Source: Vicinamibacteria bacterium
GTDB lineage: Bacteria > Acidobacteriota > Vicinamibacteria > Fen-336 > JAGNNV01
Length of the DNA: 64,000 nt
NCBI GenBank assembly: GCA_044229175.1
Contig: JBGATM010000006.1
Coordinates: 2,273 to 66,272, forward strand
Direction: 5' to 3'
Position 1 is the stretch's first letter. Each line of letters opens with the position of its first letter. Below the pieces are notes generated by a model. It made no database searches and was not told the DNA's origin. It saw nothing but the letters and a program-made list of their open reading frames with translations. This document shows positions 58,779-64,000 of the stretch, piece after piece. Made by a program: the position numbers and the translations under genes.

Positions 58779-61421
58779 TTGAGCCGTTTCAATCCCGATT
58801 CCGTGCCTTCCCAGTTCGAGTCGAAGGAAGCCGAAGAGAAGTGGTCCAGGGTCTGGGAAGAGGCCTCCACCTATCGCTATTCCGAGGAGTCGACCTCGCC
58901 CGCCTATGTCATCGACACGCCCCCGCCCACGGTTTCGGGCTCGCTGCACGTCGGCCACGTCTTCAGCTACACCCAGACCGACGTCATCGCGCGCTTTCAG
59001 CGCATGCGCGGACGGAACGTCTTCTACCCGATGGGCTGGGACGACAACGGCCTCCCCACCGAACGAAGGGTCCAGAACTATTTCCACGTCCGCTGCGAGC
59101 CGGGGGCGCCCCCCTTCGATGTGTCGAAGCTGGAACAGGCGGACGACGCGACCCGCAAGCTCCCGCCCCGCAAGCTCCAGCGTAGCGCCTTCATCGACCT
59201 CTGCGTGAAGCTGACCGCGGAGGACGAGAAGGCGTTCAAGGCGCTCTGGCAGCGACTCGGGCTCTCCGTCGACTGGTCGCAGGAATACTCGACGATCAGC
59301 GAGCACTCGCGCCGGATCTCGCAGCTCTCCTTCCTCGACCTCTTCGAGAAGAAGCACGTCTACACCGTCGAGGCCCCCACCATGTGGGACGTCGATTTCA
59401 AGACCGCGGTGGCGCAGGCCGAGGTCGAAGACCGGCCCATGAAGGGCGCGTTCCACAAGATCCGCTTCGCGGTTTCGGGCGGAGGCGACTTCGCCATCGC
59501 CACCACCCGGCCCGAGCTCCTGCCCGCCTGCGTGGCCGTGGCCGCCCATCCCGACGACGAGCGCTACAAGGGTCTCATCGGAAGGAACGCGATCACCCCG
59601 CTCTTCCGCGCCCCCGTGCCCATTTTCGCCTCGCCGCTCGTCGATCCCGCGAAGGGCACGGGCATCCTGATGGTCTGCACCTTCGGCGACGCCACCGACG
59701 TGCAGTGGTGGCGCGAGGAGAAGCTTCCTCTTCGCCAGACCGTGGGCCGGGACGGCCGCATGGTCGCGGTGGAGTTCGGGAGCGCGGCTTTCCCGTCCAT
59801 CGACGCCGCGGCGGCGAACGCCACCTACGCGACCATCGTCGGCAAGTCCATGTCGGAGTCGCGGCGTCTCATCGTGGAGGCTCTGCGCGATCCGAACGGC
59901 TCCGCGGACCGGAACGGCTCCGCTCCGCTCATCGGCGAGCCCGAGCCTCTCGAACACGCGGTGAAGTTCTTCGAGAAGGGCGACCGGCCTCTCGAATTCG
60001 TCTCGTCGCGCCAGTGGTTCGTGCGACTGATGAACCAGCGGGACAAGCTGATCGAAATGGGGGACTCCATGGAGTGGCACCCGGACTTCATGCGCCTGCG
60101 ATTCAGGAACTGGACCGAGAACCTGCAGATCGACTGGTGCGTGTCCCGCCAGCGCTACTTCGGGGTGCCCATTCCCGTCTGGTACCGGGTCGACGCGAAC
60201 GGCGCCACCGATTTCGACGCGCCCATGGTCCCCGAAGCCTCGCGGCTGCCCATCGACCCGACCGTGGACACGCCGACCGGCTTCACGGAAGCCCAACGTG
60301 ACCAGCCGAAGGGATTCACCGCCGACCCCGACGTCTTCGACACCTGGTTCACGAGTTCGCTCTCGCCACAGATCGCAAGCGGCTGGACTTTGAACCCGGC
60401 CCGCCACAAGAAGCTCTTCCCCATGGACGTGCGCCCGCAGAGCCACGAGATCATCCGGACCTGGGCCTTCTACACCATCGCGAAAGCGTGGCTCCACGAA
60501 GGCACGATTCCCTGGAAGCGCGTGGCCATTTCGGGCTGGGTGCTCGACCCCGACCGCAAGAAGATGTCCAAGAGCAAGGGCAACGTGGTGACGCCCATGC
60601 ACCTGCTCGACCAGTACGGCTCGGACGCGGTGCGCTACTGGTCGCTGGCCGCGCGCCTCGGCGTCGACACCGCCTTCGACGAGAAGGTGCTCAAGGTAGG
60701 CCGCCGCCTCGTGGTCAAGGTCTACAACGCGACCCGCTACGTGCTCGGCCAGGAAGCGCCCGTTGGCCCGATCACGCATCCCCTCGATCTCGGCTTCCTT
60801 CATCAGCTCCAGGGCGTCATCGACGGCGCCACCGCGTCCCTCGACGCCATGGACTACGCGGGAGCCCTCGACGCCATCGAGCGCTTCTTCTGGGACAGCT
60901 TCACCGACTCCTACCTCGAGCTCGTGAAGGGCCGCGCCCGCAGCGAGTCGGATCCTTCGGGCCGCGCCTCGGCGGTGGCGGCGTTGCGGCAGGGCCTCAC
61001 CGTTCTGCTGCGCCTGCTCGCCCCCTACCTTCCCTATGTCACCGAGGAGGCGTGGAGCTGGGATTTCGCGGGCGAGGCGAGGAAATCGGTCCATGTAGCA
61101 CCGTGGCCGCAGGCGAGCGAACTCGCGTCGCTCGGAACCTCGCGCGAGCACGCCGAGATCTACGAACTCGCCAAGAGCGCGCTCGGCGCCATCAACCGGG
61201 CGAAGACCCAGGCGGGCGGAACCGTCGGTCGTCACGTGGCGTCCCTCACCATCGCGGCGCCGCCGAAGGTCCTCGCCCTCCTCGCCAGGGCCGAGGCCGA
61301 CCTCCTCGCCGCCACCCGCGTCCTGAGCCTCGACAAGGTCGAAGGCCCCGGGGGGCCGGAGTTCGATCCCGCAACCCTGGTCAAGGCGATCGAGCTCGCG
61401 CCGGTTCCGGACAAGGCATGA
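58779..61421 (+). CDS. valS: valine--tRNA ligase (short type, no apparent C-terminal coiled coil)
   Basis: DTPPPTVSGSLHVGH, GWDDNGLPTE, ATTRPELL, DWCVSRQR, KMSKS. Confidence 0.96.
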   Translation: MSRFNPDSVPSQFESKEAEEKWSRVWEEASTYRYSEESTSPAYVIDTPPPTVSGSLHVGHVFSYTQTDVIARFQRMRGRNVFYPMGWDDNGLPTERRVQNYFHVRCEPGAPPFDVSKLEQADDATRKLPPRKLQRSAFIDLCVKLTAEDEKAFKALWQRLGLSVDWSQEYSTISEHSRRISQLSFLDLFEKKHVYTVEAPTMWDVDFKTAVAQAEVEDRPMKGAFHKIRFAVSGGGDFAIATTRPELLPACVAVAAHPDDERYKGLIGRNAITPLFRAPVPIFASPLVDPAKGTGILMVCTFGDATDVQWWREEKLPLRQTVGRDGRMVAVEFGSAAFPSIDAAAANATYATIVGKSMSESRRLIVEALRDPNGSADRNGSAPLIGEPEPLEHAVKFFEKGDRPLEFVSSRQWFVRLMNQRDKLIEMGDSMEWHPDFMRLRFRNWTENLQIDWCVSRQRYFGVPIPVWYRVDANGATDFDAPMVPEASRLPIDPTVDTPTGFTEAQRDQPKGFTADPDVFDTWFTSSLSPQIASGWTLNPARHKKLFPMDVRPQSHEIIRTWAFYTIAKAWLHEGTIPWKRVAISGWVLDPDRKKMSKSKGNVVTPMHLLDQYGSDAVRYWSLAARLGVDTAFDEKVLKVGRRLVVKVYNATRYVLGQEAPVGPITHPLDLGFLHQLQGVIDGATASLDAMDYAGALDAIERFFWDSFTDSYLELVKGRARSESDPSGRASAVAALRQGLTVLLRLLAPYLPYVTEEAWSWDFAGEARKSVHVAPWPQASELASLGTSREHAEIYELAKSALGAINRAKTQAGGTVGRHVASLTIAAPPKVLALLARAEADLLAATRVLSLDKVEGPGGPEFDPATLVKAIELAPVPDKA

Positions 61422-61431
61422 GCCGTCCCGC

Positions 61432-62232
61432 ATGTCGACGGTGAGCCTGGGCCCGGCCGACTACGAGCGGGCCCTGGCCGCCAGAGGCCTGAGCGAGGTC
61501 TCGGTCTTCCATCGACCGAGCACGGGATCGACCAACGACGATGCCCGCGCGATCGCCGCGAGCGGTCTCCCCGTTCTCGACAACGCCATCGCCCTGGTGG
61601 TCGCGGAAACGCAGACCCGGGGGCGAGGGCGCGGTTCGAACACCTGGTTGTCCCCGAGGGGCTCGATCGCGCTGACCATCACCGTGCCCGGCGTGCCGGT
61701 GTCCCGTCTGGGCGTGCTGCCCCTCGGTGTCGGGCACGCGGTGGCCGACGCGTTGCGGGCCCTCGGAGCCCCGGCCTTCGTAAAATGGCCGAACGATGTG
61801 CTGATCGACGACGGGAAAGTGTGCGGGATTCTGTGCGAGTCGAGTCTGCTGGCCGGGACGGCCCGCGTCTTCATCGGCGTCGGCATCAACGTGGAACCGG
61901 CCTCGGTGGATCCAGCGGTCCTGGCCGGCGCCACCACCCTCGGTACCCACGGCGTGACCGCGGACCGTCCCTCGCTCGCGGCCGAGATCACCGCCCGGGT
62001 CATCGCCCTGATCCGGGGCGAGGATGCGAACGAGGATGTGGTCAGGGGCTGGAAGACGGTCGCGGTTCCCTGGTGGGGGGAGCAGGTGACGCTCGCGGAG
62101 GGGGATTCGGAGAAACGGGTGACGCTGCTCGACGTCGATCCCGCGGGGCATCTCGTGGTGCGTGAAGAGGGCGGTGGGGTTCGCTCCCTTGTCTCCGGCG
62201 AGGTCCGCCGGATCCGGATCGCGCGCGCGTGA
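61432..62232 (+). CDS. birA: biotin--protein ligase, no HTH
   Basis: STN, QTRGRGR, KWPND, KVCGIL, GVGIN. Confidence 0.93.
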   Translation: MSTVSLGPADYERALAARGLSEVSVFHRPSTGSTNDDARAIAASGLPVLDNAIALVVAETQTRGRGRGSNTWLSPRGSIALTITVPGVPVSRLGVLPLGVGHAVADALRALGAPAFVKWPNDVLIDDGKVCGILCESSLLAGTARVFIGVGINVEPASVDPAVLAGATTLGTHGVTADRPSLAAEITARVIALIRGEDANEDVVRGWKTVAVPWWGEQVTLAEGDSEKRVTLLDVDPAGHLVVREEGGGVRSLVSGEVRRIRIARA

Positions 62233-62900
62233 CCGCCCCGTCCCCCGAGCCCGAGATCGCCTACTTCCGCGAGATCGAGCGCGCCTTCGTCGAGCGCCGG
62301 GGCGACCCGCTCTTCATCTCCAACGCCGACTGGGTATTCCTCGCGAAACTCTGGAAGAAGGGCATCCCGAAGCGCGTCGTCCTGCGCGGCATGACCGACG
62401 CCTTCGACGCCCACGCCCATTCCTTCGCGCGCAAGCAGAAGATCCGTTCGCTGAGGTTCTGCGAGACCGAGATCACGGCGGCGGTGGACCGGTATCGGCG
62501 CGCGCTGCGGGCCGAAGGCCCGTCGGGTCGGGGGATCGCCGAAGCCATCGTGAAGCTGGAAGAGCGGGTGGGGTCCGCGTCCGAAGCTCCCGACCTCGCC
62601 CCCGCGGTTGCGGAGGCGAGAGCCCGGCTCCTCGACCTCGCGAAAGCGGCGGAGAAGGACAAGGCATTCGACGCGGACAAGGCGCTCGCCGGCATCGAGG
62701 ATCGTCTCGTCGAGGCCGCCACCCAAGCACTCGGCGCCACCGCCCTCAAAGACCTCGAGGCCTCGAGCCGCGACGCCACCACCGCGTATAAGTCTCGAAT
62801 GCCCGCGAGCGTCTATGAAACCCTGATTGGAGAATCCGTGCGACGAAAGATCCTGCAACGCTTCGGCCTTCCCCGCTTCCTCCTGGCTGAAATCGAATGA
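62229..62900 (+). CDS. hypothetical helical protein
   Basis: 223 aa, 4-nt overlaps at both ends; YFREIERAF..RRG, DW, GIP, SLRFC. Confidence 0.8.
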   Translation: MTAPSPEPEIAYFREIERAFVERRGDPLFISNADWVFLAKLWKKGIPKRVVLRGMTDAFDAHAHSFARKQKIRSLRFCETEITAAVDRYRRALRAEGPSGRGIAEAIVKLEERVGSASEAPDLAPAVAEARARLLDLAKAAEKDKAFDADKALAGIEDRLVEAATQALGATALKDLEASSRDATTAYKSRMPASVYETLIGESVRRKILQRFGLPRFLLAEIE

Positions 62901-64000
62901 GCGGCGAGGTCCTCAAGGGGAAGGTCCTGCGCGCGGTGAACGGCGGCTATGGACTCCTCCAGATCGACGGCCAGACCGTCTTCGCCCGCAACGCGCTCAA
63001 GGGCGAAGACGTCACCGTCGGGGTCAAGTCGAAGCGCAAGGGCGTCCTCTTCGGCGAGGCGGTCTCGGTGGAGACGCCGCACCCGCACCGCCGTACCGCC
63101 CCCTGCGCGGTCGCGGGCCGCTGTGGCGGCTGCCACTATCAGACCGCGGACCCTCTCGCCCAGGAGGAGGCCAAGAAGGAGGCGCTTCAGGAGCTCCTCG
63201 GCCGGGCCCACATCGACCTGCCCGTCTCCGGTTGGACCACCGGCCCGGAACTCGGCTGGCGGACGCGGGTCGAACTTCACGGCGCCCGGCTCGACGAAGG
63301 CTTCACCCTCGGGTTCTTCGAGGAACGGTCGCATCGGGTAGTGCCCGCGGTCTCCTGCCTCCAGGTCTCCGCTCGGATGCGCGCCCTCATCGACCTGGTG
63401 GTGCGCTCGCTCAGCGCGGGCGGGGTGAAGGCGGGCTCGGTCGAGATCGCGGAGTCGTTCACCGGCCCGAGCCTCGTCCTCGTGGCCTCGGAGCCGGCCC
63501 TCACTTCCGTGCTGAGACGTCATTCCCACGAGCTCGGCCTCAGCGGCCTCGCGCTCAAGACCTCGAAGAACGAGGCCGCCACCATCTACGGCGATGCGCT
63601 GGTGGAGAACACCGTGGGCGGCGTCACCCTGCGGCACAACGTCATGAGCTTCTTCCAGGCCAATCGCTTCGTGACCGAAGGCCTGCTCGCGGCCGTGCTG
63701 AAGGCGGCCGCGGTGGATGCTGACGCCCGCGTGGTCGACCTGTTCTGCGGCGTCGGTCTGTTCTCCATTCCCCTGGCCAGGATGGGCCGCGACGTGACCG
63801 CGATCGAATGGAGCCCCGTGGCCTTCGACGACCTGGGCCGCAACGCCAAGGCCAACGAAGTGAAGATCGAGCGGCTGCCCCTCAGCGTGGGCACCGCTCT
63901 CGCCACCGGCCTTCAACTCAAGGGTGCTGTCACCATCGTCGACCCCCCGCGACGCGGCCTCGATCCGCTGGAGCTCGACGCCATCGCAGCGGGCCGGCCC
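62897..64000 (+). CDS. rlmD: 23S rRNA m5U methyltransferase RlmD/TrmA family; runs off window end
   Basis: Not in ORF track. Manual translation from ATG 62897: TRAM-like N-terminus, PCAVAGRCGGC Fe-S motif, SFFQAN, DLFCGVG, VDPPRRGL. Confidence 0.9.
   Translation, partial: MSGEVLKGKVLRAVNGGYGLLQIDGQTVFARNALKGEDVTVGVKSKRKGVLFGEAVSVETPHPHRRTAPCAVAGRCGGCHYQTADPLAQEEAKKEALQELLGRAHIDLPVSGWTTGPELGWRTRVELHGARLDEGFTLGFFEERSHRVVPAVSCLQVSARMRALIDLVVRSLSAGGVKAGSVEIAESFTGPSLVLVASEPALTSVLRRHSHELGLSGLALKTSKNEAATIYGDALVENTVGGVTLRHNVMSFFQANRFVTEGLLAAVLKAAAVDADARVVDLFCGVGLFSIPLARMGRDVTAIEWSPVAFDDLGRNAKANEVKIERLPLSVGTALATGLQLKGAVTIVDPPRRGLDPLELDAIAAGRP

Noticed and set aside
57090-61433. 1447-aa antisense ORF over romR-valS, and similar long shadow ORFs (47572-50487, 10041-12380, 11569-14118, 43160-44974)
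   Set aside because: Mirror frames of real genes in high-GC DNA where stop codons are rare; no motifs, SD or plausible composition

Overview
High-GC, gene-dense bacterial chromosome segment. An Acidobacteriota (Vicinamibacteria-like) origin is inferred from the acidobacterial-type VWA protein, the many secreted peptidases and the DUF5916 barrel; this is not proven. About 53 CDS and one tRNA-Arg(TCG). I saw no rRNA, CRISPR array, integrase, transposase or prophage. Housekeeping blocks: aspS-phoH-ybeY-corC-era, csaA-pyrR-pyrB-pyrC, and romR-like-valS-birA-hypothetical-rlmD. Accessory content: ECF sigma/ZAS anti-sigma divergent from two coupled Ser/Thr kinases, two diguanylate cyclases, lipid-remodelling genes, ttuD/lctP, fcl with a methyltransferase-GT2 fusion, a run of secreted hydrolases, and exeA-gspB. 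Most notable observations: (1) a RomR-type polarity scaffold upstream of a short-type ValRS; (2) an IMPase fused to an ADP-ribosylglycohydrolase-fold domain that has lost its catalytic motifs; (3) a candidate ~113-nt sRNA or attenuator with its own promoter, an anti-SD motif and a terminator; (4) a 333-bp palindromic REP-like element enclosing a 14-bp tandem array; (5) a tRNA-Arg(UCG) ending 10 nt before pduO; (6) recurrent leaderless and back-to-back -10 promoters. All calls come from reading motifs by eye; no database searches were run.
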